A DNA stretch of 64,000 nt from Ascidiella aspersa (Eukaryota), in assembly GCA_963924565.1 (NCBI GenBank), contig OZ004611.1, positions 23,498,001 to 23,562,000 of the forward strand, written 5' to 3'. Made by a program: the position numbers and the translations under genes. Under the pieces are notes generated by a model. That model was not told the DNA's origin, did not search any database, and saw only the letters and a program-made list of their open reading frames with translations. Each line of letters starts with the position of its first letter. The stretch's first letter is position 1. Of the stretch, positions 1 through 12,100 are shown in pieces.

Positions 1-636
1 TATGTGAGCAATTTTCTTCAAAAATAAGGTTGGCGTTAGGGCTAATGCATTACCAATGTACTATATATAGTTCCGAACGAAGCGTATACGCAATTAAAGC
101 AAAATCCCCCTATACCTAACTAGTTTGAATGTCTGACGTGTTGACGTGTTCTGAACTTGGCGATGTTACAAGTTTGCATGGGTACAGCAGCTCAGCTTGA
201 GTCTGTCTTAAAAGAAAAAGAAAGTAGCCTACAGCTTCAGAGTTCAACACGTCGTGACTATGTATGATGTCACATCTTGTTTGCGATTTTGTAACGGAAG
301 CGACGAATAATTACAACAGTGGTGCTTAACCTTTGTAGTAATGGTCTTGATAAGAATCGAACATATTTCACAATACTTTCTTTCAAAAATGGTAAACTTA
401 TGCCCTGCAATTAATAAAACACTACTAAAATAACCTAATTAGGTAAATATTAAAAAAGTTTTTATCTTTTAAAAGCTTGATACAACATTTACTTTTCAGT
501 ATTTTAAAAGTATTTCATGTTATCAAAAGTGCCCCGGGAAAAATGTGAATTACCTCTTTGGGTTAATTGCACACAGTTTCAGAACCAGTGATTTACAACA
601 TTCACAAAAATAAAACAGGAAGCAAAATTGACAGTG

Positions 637-3600
637 CTAAGTGACGTAAACGCGTTTGGTGAGGTGCGAGGAGAAGGTCACAGATCGCGGGTTCGAATCC
701 GGGCGAGGAACGGCGCTGTGGGTCGCGATCCCGCGGCTGTTGATGTCGTCAAAGTCCAGCTCCCGCGACCACTCGTACAGCGCCTTCGCCTCGCCTTCTT
801 CCGGGTCCGCCGCTTCCGGGTCGGCTTTCCCACTCCTGGACTCGCCAGCGCCACCGGACGGAAGCGGGAAGAGCGTCGATTGGCCAGTTTGAATGCGCGA
901 TGCGGTGGCGGGATGGGAGAACTTGTCGGCGATCGAGCTCGGCTGGCGAGAAACGGAACTGGTCGGTCGCACGGTGAAGTCATTCGCCTGCGCAGCAAAC
1001 GAGGAAAATTGAGTTTTTGGAAAACAGGGAGTCTTTTGGGTACACTATACATACACGGATCTGTAATGTAGCTTAATAATGAATTGTAAAGCCAAAAAAT
1101 TGACATTAACTGAATATAATACAAGCTCGTATCGCAACGTCTTAATCGACATGATGTCGATCTAATCGACCTTTTTGGTTTTGCAATTCATTACAAGGGA
1201 GTCTCTTTATTCTGAATAACCGCTCAATTTTCTGTCTGGGACATATTAAGGCTGTGGTTTTTAAAATGCCTGAAACAGTCAATTTGTATTACACATAGTT
1301 ATGTAGAAAAGCGGTGGTGTTTGCAATGAGAAAACCGCATCCTTCTTGTTTAAAAAAAACAGGGACACCAATCTCAATTGCAGAAAAATTCTTATAGCAA
1401 CCCAATTAATGTGAAAAACGCGCTGATTTTTTAAATACGGTGCGCCGCAAGCTAAAAAAGTTCAACAACCACTGCGACTGCGTTAAGGCAATAGTCCGGT
1501 AAACCGTCAAAAAAAAAAAATACGAACGTCGGTGGTGGCGGGGCGGTGCTGTTCTTCAGCTGTGTCGGGAAGGCCAAAGACCTTCTTCATTCTGGCTACA
1601 CGTCGGCGCGACTGCACGGAGCGACGTTGTGTTCCGGCCTTGGTGCTAGGGAGACGAGGCGAACGAAACAGTTCCTTCATCTGTGGAAAAGCGCTGCTTG
1701 GCGGCGACCTGTGAATTAAAGGTTTATTATGCAGAGGTGGACAAACTGTCTGCACGACACGGTTTTTATTTGCAACTCGTACAGTCGTACGTGTATTTAA
1801 TTCATCACAAAGAATCATCGGTTGAAAGAACTTCATCATAGCAGGGTAATTGCTTGAAGTTGACGATGTTACTGCAAAACTTAAAGCTTGATGAGTTCAC
1901 CAAAAACGCAGTATCGCAAATCGTGTCTTATTTAAAATTAAAAATAATATTATTTCACTTATTCATTCGGCCATTTCACTTGTGTTTTTTAGGTCCCAAC
2001 CATTTTGTGTTTTTAAAACCTCGGGTTAGTTTTTTTAAAGTGAAGCAGTTTCGATGGCCATTCGTGTTTTTAAAGGGAAACAGTACGATAAACGTGACTT
2101 TTCAGAAATGGTATAAATATGAAACACTCTATCCAAAATGCTGCATGATTTAATCGCAAATTTTAGAGTCAACCGTTAACTACAGAAATTAAGCAAGTTA
2201 GTTCAAGCCTAAATCCTGAGTTAAGGTGCTGTAATTTCGAATCAATGTCATTGCCATAACAAGCGTAAAGAAAATAATCATGAAGTTCGTCGAGCTAGTT
2301 TAGCGGAGTTAAAATGGATTCCAAAGTTTGAAAAGGGTTCTAGTATGTCGTTTTTTTCGCACACAACTTTTTACGTTGTGATGGTCGTTTTCAAATTAAT
2401 TTTACGGCTTGGTATAACTACTTCTTGGAATAATGTATTCACTTGTGTATTTGCTCTGCTATTATACAGTACGTCCGAAAGAGGTTCACAATACTCCAAA
2501 TAAAAAACAACTACGAGGGTTTCATCTTCGAACTTACACCAAACGGGAAAGGGCGCGGTACTGCTCCAGCTGGATTTCTTGCGTCACGGGTCTTGAGAGC
2601 AGCACGGGCATTTCGCTCTGCAGCCGAGCGCTGGGCATCTTCGTGCGCAGGTATTCCACGATGTCGTACATGATGCTCTGCCTTGGCAAAGCCTCCAGTG
2701 ACAACTGGCGCCAATAGTTCTCCTTACCACCCAGGTACGATGGCATCTCGTCCACGTTGCTCAGGTACTAAAGACGCGAATTGTAAAAGAGTCACGATAT
2801 TTAAGAATAAATTACAAATGGTGAATTAAAGCATTCATACACAGTTAGGGATGTTCAAAGTAGAATATCGTATCAAATTCTGCCGTTTATTTTCGGGTAA
2901 TTTGGAGACTAGTTTTTATTACAATATACACATATGTTAGCAAATTGTTCTGCGATATATTGTTGTGACTAGAGGCCAGGGTATATTAAGATTAATCCCT
3001 CCACCAAACAAAATAGAGGCTATATAAGTTAATAAAAAAATATTAGGATTCAATATTATGGATTTGTTATTTTAGATTCAAAACCTAAATATCTAGAATC
3101 TTCTGGGATTCTACTTTGAACATCTTACACAGTCGTGCACAACTGCAATTTGGTCCATCACCACCCACGATAATAGCACTAATATTGTAGTAAAGCAGGT
3201 AATGGTGCAATGTATGTTTCTTGACTTGCCCAAAATAAGTAACAAATGTGAATATACTTTCAGGCAGTGTTGTGCACATATATTCGGACAAAGTAAGTAT
3301 AATTACTAAATGAATGAATGTGTTTTTATAGTAAATAACCTTTTGAGTTTTTGTGTATGTGTGTTTAGACTTGATTTGGTGATGTACTCAAACTGGAGTA
3401 GTTTTGTGAAAGCATTCAAACAGGATTATTTTGGTGAAAACATTCAACTGGAGTTTACAGACCAGGTAAAATATCTGTAACTTTGTTTTTTTGATAAGTC
3501 ATAAAACAAATAAAAGCAAAAAAAGAAATGTTTACTCTTATAATAACTGAATAGTGAAAAAATACACTAAATGTTAGACTATGCGGTTATCACCCACTTA

Positions 3601-5951
3601 ATATACACATTCTTGGCAACACAGGCCTTAGTGGGGGAAAAAGCAGTTTAAATTTATTTATTATATTGCTGTGATTTGTCCAATTTAGTAGTGACATAAC
3701 CCAGTGCTTCTCAAACTTTTTTAGTTTTGTTCACCCCTAGCATCTATCTCCAGATTTCATTCACCCTTGTCTCATGATACGATAAAACTATCTTGTCTAT
3801 ATATAACATATACAATTTCTCGGCTCGCAAGCTATCATCCATTTCCGACGGTTCACCCTTATTCACCCCTTTTGGGTGGTTCACCCCCTGCAAAAATTTT
3901 ATTCAACCTAGGGTGACCTATTCACCTGATTAAGAAACACTGACATAACCTACCATTCTGTACCAGAACTATTTTTTGACCAGTCACAGTTATGTTTAAG
4001 AAGCTAAAATAACTAAGTTAAATGTTACCTCACCTGCATATAATCTTTAACAGTGGTGACGTCCACTTCATCGGTAATTTTGTTTTTCTCATACTGACAA
4101 GCGTCAACAATCATTTGGTCGAAAAACTTGCGGTTTCCCATCAACTTGCAAGCATCAACGGCTGCCTAAAAAGCAAGCATTTTAAAGAATGTATTAATTA
4201 GTGTACAGCTTATACATGTATGTCTACATAAACTGTTACTACCAGGCATAGTAATATAAATAAAAAAACAGCTCCTCTGGTAATTTTAATTCTTTACCAA
4301 TGTTTCAGCAACCTATGCAAGCCGCCTTCACCAGGGAAAAAAAAAAATTTGTGTGTTTTCCATTTGTTGTACAAGCGTTCAGTGTCATTTATCTTGACGA
4401 AGGCGGCTTGCATAGGTTGCCGCAATGTTGGTAAAGATTTAAAATTACCAGAGGAGATGTTTTTTGATTTATACATGTATGTGTTGTGTATGTCTATATT
4501 TAATTGCAGTTAACCATTAAGACTACTGTGGAATTTATAAACTTAACTTTTAGGCTGGATTGAGATTGTAAAAGAGTTTTCAGGTATGTTATCCAAACAC
4601 AAGTAAAATCTGTTTTTTATTTTTAAAACATTTATTTGCAACATGTTTACATTTGAAGCAGGTCTTATCGCTCGCTTTCCACTGATATACTTGGTTCCAT
4701 TGCTGACCAAGTATATCTTAAATAAAATGATAGGGGGGAATTCCATGCCGGCAAAGCGAAATCGAACTTTTGCTTTCACACTGGGATCATTTAAAAGCTC
4801 AGCTTCTTTGGGACTTATCTTTCTTAGGATGTCATAAGTCCAAGACTGTTCCTAAAATATAGTTAGAAAATTACAGTATATTTTTTAATATATTTTAATT
4901 AAGTAAAAAACACATATGTTTAATCAAGTAAAGATACTTTTTTACAATATAAACAGATCAATAACTTACAGCTGCTCTGACAGCATGTTTCAGTAAAATG
5001 AACATTTGTCTGTCTCTGTATGACAAATATGCCCTTTCAATGGTTGCAGCTGCAACAATTTGAAGTGTCCTAAAAATATAATTAGTACATCTATTTTTTA
5101 AGTTAATATGGTTAAAGATTTCATAATTATAATTGCAATTTTAGTAATATTAGGACTTAAAGTATAATCAGGAAAGTATAGGGGATCTCAAAAAGATACA
5201 TGGTCCAAAAATCATTGAATTGCCTGGGCAGCGAAGGTCAAAAGTGAACCCCACTTGTATTATATAAAAAGCGGTTCTCTTCCTATTTGGTGTGTAGAAA
5301 GTAATGCAAAAAATGGATTTTTTTCCACAAACACCGCATACCGCACATTATTTGGGTTAGGGTTTTTGGGTTTAAACACACCTTATTTGGGTTAGGGTGT
5401 CGGTTAGCGTTTGGGTGTGGGTGGGTAAAGTAATATGATACTTATTAACAATACTTCACTCACCCGCATCTTAACCTAAATAATGTGCGTGGCAGTAGGC
5501 CTTGCTGTGTTTATAGACCTTTTTTTGTGTGTGTTACTTTCCTTGTACCAAATTAATGGAGCACCTAAAAAGCTTGTTGCATTCATTTTGGGTGCGAGTT
5601 TTGGTAGTAAAAACTCTTTGATGTGCTTGCCATCCCTTTTACAGTGGCTTATGTAGGTCGGGTTCATATTTTGTAGCTGAAACCCTTATATATTGAAAGG
5701 ACTTCAAAGATTATAAAATAAAATGTGACAGATTTTTTCATCTTGATTTCTGATTATATATATATTGAGACTGTTAAATAACAGACAAGTAACTGCACAC
5801 TAAATTGAACATTTTAATACTTATTTAGTATTGCAGGAATAAATAAACGGTGTTTTTGAAGTTGAATAAAATAAATCAGTTTTCAAATAAAGATAAATAC
5901 TTACGCCGCATCGCGTTGATTTTGAATCTCATATTGTGAATGAGGATTCAT
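637..5951 (-). CDS. CXorf58: CXorf58 homolog, 7 coding exons, 413 aa
   Basis: Exons 5905-5951, 4970-5069, 4651-4851, 4034-4165, 2538-2767, 1528-1708, 637-987; all GT-AG and phase-compatible, 1242 nt. The translation contains MFILLKHAVRAAE, KVRFRFAGMEFPPIILFKIY, AVDACKLMGNRKF, GGKENYWRQLSLE and LLSRPVTQEIQ, which I recognise from vertebrate CXorf58. Confidence 0.88.
3702..3942. mobile_element. hAT-type MITE in CXorf58 intron
   Basis: Termini cagtgcttctcaa ... ttaagaaacactg with a perfect 8-bp TSD acataacc (3694-3701, 3943-3950); internal ttcaccc repeats. Confidence 0.85.
5335..5500. mobile_element. Degenerate copy of the palindromic ttgggttaggg MITE family
   Basis: ttatttgggttagggt...tagcgtttgggtgtgggtgggt matches the complete copy at 26020-26225; further fragments at ~6521-6655 (reverse) and ~26388-26495. 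Confidence 0.7.
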
Positions 5952-6830
5952 GCTAAATTATTTCAAAAACATTTTAGAATACAAAGTTACAATTAACTAA
6001 ATTTTCCTAAACATTGCACAAAAACAGGCTTTAAGTACTAAGTATGTTTTGTTTGGTACACTTTGAGTTAAAACACAGACCTACAGAAGAGTAAACCTTT
6101 ATTGTTATATTTTTTGCCTTAAGACAGACTTCAAAACCTAAAAGAATATACATCTAATAGGTATATATAAATTTGTTGTTAGCTATATCATATTTTGTGA
6201 TAGGTATATTAATTTTAAGCAGTGGACAATATATCTAAGATCTTACTAAACTCCTTAGCATAGGATATTATAACTTGTTGTCATGGACACCAATACATTG
6301 TAAACATTTGGTAGCAATATCAACGACATTTAAGGTCCATGTTATTAAAAATTTAAGTTATTTTAAAATTTACGACTTTTTTTGTATATTTCGTCACTAC
6401 ACGCTAAAAGTATTTTGGTCTGAAAAAAAACTTAGTTTGTTAAACACCATTCAGGCAAATGGTCTTTGTGTTTTAAATAAAGGCTTATTTGATCAAATTA
6501 CGTGAATAATTGGGTATAGGTCTAGAATCCTACCACTTTTTTATACGGTGACGAAACGAGTTGCCATCCTTGAAATTGCAAGTGGGAAATAAACAAAATA
6601 ATAGTATTTGACCCACCCAAACCCGAACGATAACTTATACACCAACCCAAATAACAGTAGCAATAGAAATCCCCGGACAAATATGTCATACGTTTTTTAC
6701 ACATAAGCTCTTAGATAGAAGAATTGCAGGTGATTTCATTCCTAACGACAAGGAGCCTTAATCGTATCTGCACTTGAATAGTTGTCCATCAGTACAAACG
6801 GTGCAAGTGTTGTATTGTAATGCATTTCAT

Positions 6831-6836
6831 TTTATT
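6831..6836 (-). promoter_or_regulatory. Candidate polyadenylation signal (AATAAA) ending a ~2.3 kb FMR1/FXR 3' UTR
   Basis: tttatt on the plus strand at the distal end of a long stretch that is U-rich on the minus strand downstream of the FMR1 stop. Other AATAAA candidates lie nearer the stop (~7057, ~8310). Confidence 0.4.
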
Positions 6837-9178
6837 TTTCAGAGCATGCAAAAAACAACCGAACGAATAGAACGCGAGAAAACGGGAAAGTCTCTACAAT
6901 GACGTCACAGGAAAACAATCACGGCCCATTGGTGACGTCGAGAGTTTCTCTAAAGCGATCAGAAACGAAAAACACGAAAATGCGAGAGTGAAAATAAATA
7001 CATGCAAGCCATCGGGTCGAGCACAGCTTCAGCTACAGAAATCAACGCGCGAGAGATTTATTTACCAAAAACATGAAGCGTTTAAATGAAACTTTGAACT
7101 TTTGAGACGCGACAACGAAACTGCTAAATTTAGCGCAGAGCGCTATTTTTCTAAAACTTTGCGCAACGTTTGAAAATAACTATTAACCGTAGTCGAACCA
7201 CAAAAATCAACAGAACTAAATTGGAATCCCGAATTAAGTTTTAGATTTCTTTTTTGACGTGTGTTTACAAAACAAAATGGTGCACAGTGACGGGGTGATT
7301 ACTATTGGGCGCGGGCATTGTGTGCCCCCATGCGTAAGAAACTTACAAAGACGCGGGTTGAAAACAAACTGAGCACCCATGCATGAAGAATCAAGCAAAA
7401 AACAATCAAAACTCGCGGTAAACGGGTGTATTTTAGAACAACGAAAAAAATCCTACGTAGGGGAGAGAAGCTACCAGGAATTAAAACTTTTAAAGTGCCT
7501 TTCTTTCCTCCAATGGAAGCAAAAACGGTTTTCAAGTGGGTTATTTTTAATACGAGGGGAAAATTGTTGGGTTATGCCAAGGTTTAGGTAAACTGTAAAC
7601 TTTTTAACAATGTGCCATTAGGATTACAGGAATTAGTATGTAACTAAGTAAATCTTTTTCCTTCTTAACTCGAATCAACGCCAGCTTCACAGTGGTACTT
7701 TCTGCGACGCTTCCAAAAAGGCGCGTGCAAAAGAAGGACTTTATTCCTTCGGCATTTTTACAACAACAGCGTATAAGCTTCGCTACTTGTCGTTCGGGGC
7801 GGTGCAATTTTCTTTAGAAAAGAAAATTGAACAAAACACAAAAAAAACGCTACATACAGGCAAACGAAGCAACGAGAACCACGGAGATTGAAAGAGAGAA
7901 AAACACGTTCCAAAGTGTTAAATTTAAGCGATCAACTCCGATGAGTATATTAATACACGCACTCTACAGTTTCGACGGAGGCTTTTAACGAAATGACTGA
8001 CCCATGGACAGGACTTTCGGTTTCGGGGAATCCCACCCCTCCTCAGCTGCGCTGGGGCCACCCATGACGTCACAGTAGCGAATTATGGGGGAGGGTGCTT
8101 CGTGGATACGCCGAGGGGTAAATTCGGCGAACACAAGCACGAAATATAAGATCTTTTAGCAATTCGGCCGATGCTAAGCTACTGTGGGTTTGAACTCGGT
8201 AGTTTGGGAAAAATGACAACCGGGAATAATGCGAATGAACCGTAGCGCGATTGGCAACATTTCAAGTTCGCGACAAACCTTTTGTCAAAATTTAACCTTT
8301 GCTTTACTTTTTATTTATTTTTGACAAAAAACTAACAAAAACAAATTAAGCACATTACTGACAAATCGTAGTTATAGGGAAACTAAAACAGTCAACTTGA
8401 CCGTTTTGAAACCGGTTTCTGAAAACATCCACATAAAAGTGGTTTGTCTCCTATTCTCTCAAACCTTCACTCGAAAATGTTACCACGAATTTACAAAAAC
8501 AGATGCTCAAAAGTAATGCGAAGACAGACAAAAAAAGTATGAATGTGAACATTTTTGGAATAAGTTTCTATTTGACAAAAATCTGTGGGCAACATTACTG
8601 CCTTACCCATTAGAAAAATAGTATTTACCCTCTTTAATTGTCGAAACGTTTGATCGGACTGTTTATTTTGGTTTAAATTTCTCTACGAAAGCTTGGCGCG
8701 GTTAGGAAACTTTTAATTGCAGTGGAAAAACCATTCAGGTGTGACTGGATTGGTACAGTAACAAAATAAGTGAAAAAGGAAATTTAAGACTGTTTAACAA
8801 CTTTCGAAGGATTCAGCGTTTTTGACAAATGAGTTTCCTATTGATTGAAGCACTGGAAGGAAACAGAACCTTAAATTTAGCAAATATCTGGGACGCAAGC
8901 TAAAAAAAGTGTACCCTAAAATATATGAACGACCACGAAACAAAGTTATCCGGCTAATGTGTACAGCAACAGTATATAACTGAAAAAAATACCGCTCGGG
9001 TCTACGATACAGTTACAGCGAAGAATTTTTGACGGAGTAACTTTATGACCCTTATACGAGCATGCGCTAAATTTTCTGGAGGAAAAAAGAGGAAAGCCTG
9101 GAAAGTGAGAAATCAATAAAATATTCCGGGTGAAAGGCAAAAATGATCGTAGTGTGTCACTTCGGGTGGCTTCCATGG

Positions 9179-12100
9179 TTAAGCAACGCCGTTCACTTTA
9201 GCGGCATCGGTTGGTTTGGCCTTGCCGTCACCAATCGGACCTGTCTTGCGTGGTGGACGCTGCTCTTTGGCGTCGCCATGCGGCGGTGGTGCACGCTTGC
9301 CGTTGCCGCCGTTCTACAAGGAAATTTTTCGCTGACGTTTTTGAGGAAAAGTGGCATTTTTTTCAAATCGGCAATGTCTTGCATAATATAGGGAAACCGT
9401 AGCCTTAACAGATGTCTCACGTATCATTTAAGCCAGTGCTTACCAACTAGTGGGTCGCGACGCTATTTCAGGTTGGTCGCGAAGCATTTCTAAATGTTAC
9501 AGCTTTCTTTCAGATTGGCAAATTATTGCATTATCATTACGTAACATTTATGCAACAATGTAACAAATACGTAATAATTAGATGTGTTGTGTCGCAATTT
9601 AACTATTTCAGTACGTACGCCAGTAGTAAAGATGCAGGTTTTATGTAAATGTTATTCTTATTTCCTCATTAATTTGTTTTTAATTCGTTTGGTCATGTTT
9701 CATATTGTGGGTCGCACAATAAAACTTGCATTAAATGTGAGTCGAAAACTGAACAAGGCTGGGAAGCACTGGTTTAAGCAACCGCGAAAAACTAAGCATC
9801 GGAATGATCTTGTAGGAAGAAATACGCATAATAACGTATAAAGCCAAAAAAGCACCCAGGAAATCAAAAACGCTTTATAAGCAACTTGTTTAAAATGGAT
9901 TAAAGACAATTACCAAAATTCCACATTAAAACAACGCTTACAAAATTATATTTAATTAACAAAGAAGTTGTGTACTTAGAATGTTATAAATAGCTTAACA
10001 CTTTCCTAACTGCAGTACCTGCTTTGTGTCTTGCTTTCCGTTGTTTCTGTCTGTAAAAATAAAAATAAATGGTTATCAATAGATTTCGAGTAGTTTATGA
10101 GAAAAACTTAACAAAAGTCAAACAAATTGTGAATAATAAAGCGTAAAATAACTAAATGATAAGCAGGGTCAACCAAACTACGATGTAATTCTACCAGCCC
10201 GCGGCATATCTCTAAATGAGGATGAAGTACAGCTAACATTTTGTCGTATACAATTTTAAACTATATTTTCAAGTAAATTTAAATCAATCTAGTCAAGCTA
10301 ATAAACTTCGACATAAAATTGTATGAAATAAGCTATTGTTGCCAGGCATAATGATAAAATTGTATATCCGTGCGGCTCGCGATTGCCAATCCCTACAGTT
10401 ATCGGCCATTAGGGAAAAGTTTGCTGACCCCTGGCCCAGACTTGGACAACTAGATCATTCTAGTTTCTAATTCTTTGAATTAGAGCAAAATGCGGCTAAT
10501 TCTAATTATAATCTAATTTGCGAATTGCTTGTTTGCTCTAATTCTAGTTCTAATCTAATTCGGATTTTTACCAAAAATGCTACTTTGTCCAACGGCATTT
10601 TTAGTCTCTCAGTTAAAACACAGAATTTCAATTTAGATTCTTTGGTTTGAACGACTTGTATGTAATTTTTACTGTCTAAAAAGCATAAAAAGGCATAAAA
10701 ATTAGCACACACATATTTACCATTCGCGTTCTTGTAAGAATAAATTGCGATTAAATCAAATTGATTGTAAATAATTAAATGCGATTCTAGTTCAAATTCT
10801 AGTTGAAATTTGATTTTTTAGGAATTCGGTAATTCTAATTCTAATCTAATTTGAGAAAACTCAAAACGGTCTAATTTTAATTCTAATCTAATTTGGAAAA
10901 ACGATATTGCTCTAAATTATTTCTAATCTAATTTTCAAAAGCCCAAATAAATCTAGTTGTCCAAGTCTGCCCTGGCCTAAACGATAGTTCAGTAATTTTT
11001 CAACTGAAACAAAACATCGGAGAAAATGGCTATTTACGAAAAGAAGTTGATTTTCTGTGTAGCAACACAATACTGTTATTGCCAAAATCATATACGAGCT
11101 AAACAATTGCACTGTTTAAAAAAAAATCATCGATTCGCGCTAATCTCAAATCCACACAAAAACATCATACCCTCGCTAGGTGGCGTCTCGGGAGAAGAGA
11201 GCGAATCGGAAAGCGGGGGAAAGTCAGAGTCAAGAGCTGGAGTTCGGAAAAAAGGGGAAGAAAGAAAAAATAAAGGTGTCATTGAGATTTTTAGATTTAA
11301 GAATTCCTACATTCAGATTGAATAAAACAGAAATTAAGGTTTCAAAAAGTTTGCAAAAAGAAATGAAAAGGTCAGGAGTTTAAAAGAGATACACACAAAA
11401 ATAATAGCAACGCAACGGGTTAAAAAGCATTAAAATAAAAGCACCGATTTTTCGTTAACAGCTCGACTATATGCTACTTCAGGTGTGTTGCGAAACATTC
11501 CTTAATGTTACAGTTTTCTATTAGATCGGGAAATTGTTGCACTATCATTACGTTACATTTATGCAACAATGTCACAAATATGTAACAATTAGGTGTTTTG
11601 TGTCGCATTAACTATTTGAGTATGTACGGCAGTAGTAAAGATGCAGGTTTTATGTAACTGTTAATCTTATTTCCAATTAGTTGCATTTAAATTATCGCTA
11701 AACAGTTTAATGTAATATATTTCAACTCTCTAATGCTGATTAATTATTTTTGCAGTCATATACCTCATTGCGAAATATGACAAATGGTTTGATCATACAT
11801 CACTGTGGGTCACACAACAAAACTTGCATTAAAAGTGGGTCGCGAAAAGGTTGAGAAGAACTGTACTAAAGGTGCTTTAAATCGCAAAAAACACTATACT
11901 TACTTTGCACGTCACCGTTGTGCGAAACCTGGCCATTGTTGTAGCCGCCTCTACCTCTTCCACCCCCGCGACGATTCTTACCACGATGCTGGCCTGTGTG
12001 ACGTAACACAGGCGTTTTTATTTTATCGGCCCCTGTACTAATTTACTCCAAACCTCGGAAAATTTTAGGTCGGTTTGCGTTACTCGTTAATGGTCACCGT

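Noticed and set aside
670-710. gggttcgaatcc, a tRNA T-arm/box B look-alike
   Set aside because: No acceptor, D or anticodon arms; it lies antisense within the last CXorf58 coding exon.
628-1124. Overlapping 147-aa and 148-aa ORFs
   Set aside because: Shadow frames of the GC-rich terminal CXorf58 exon.
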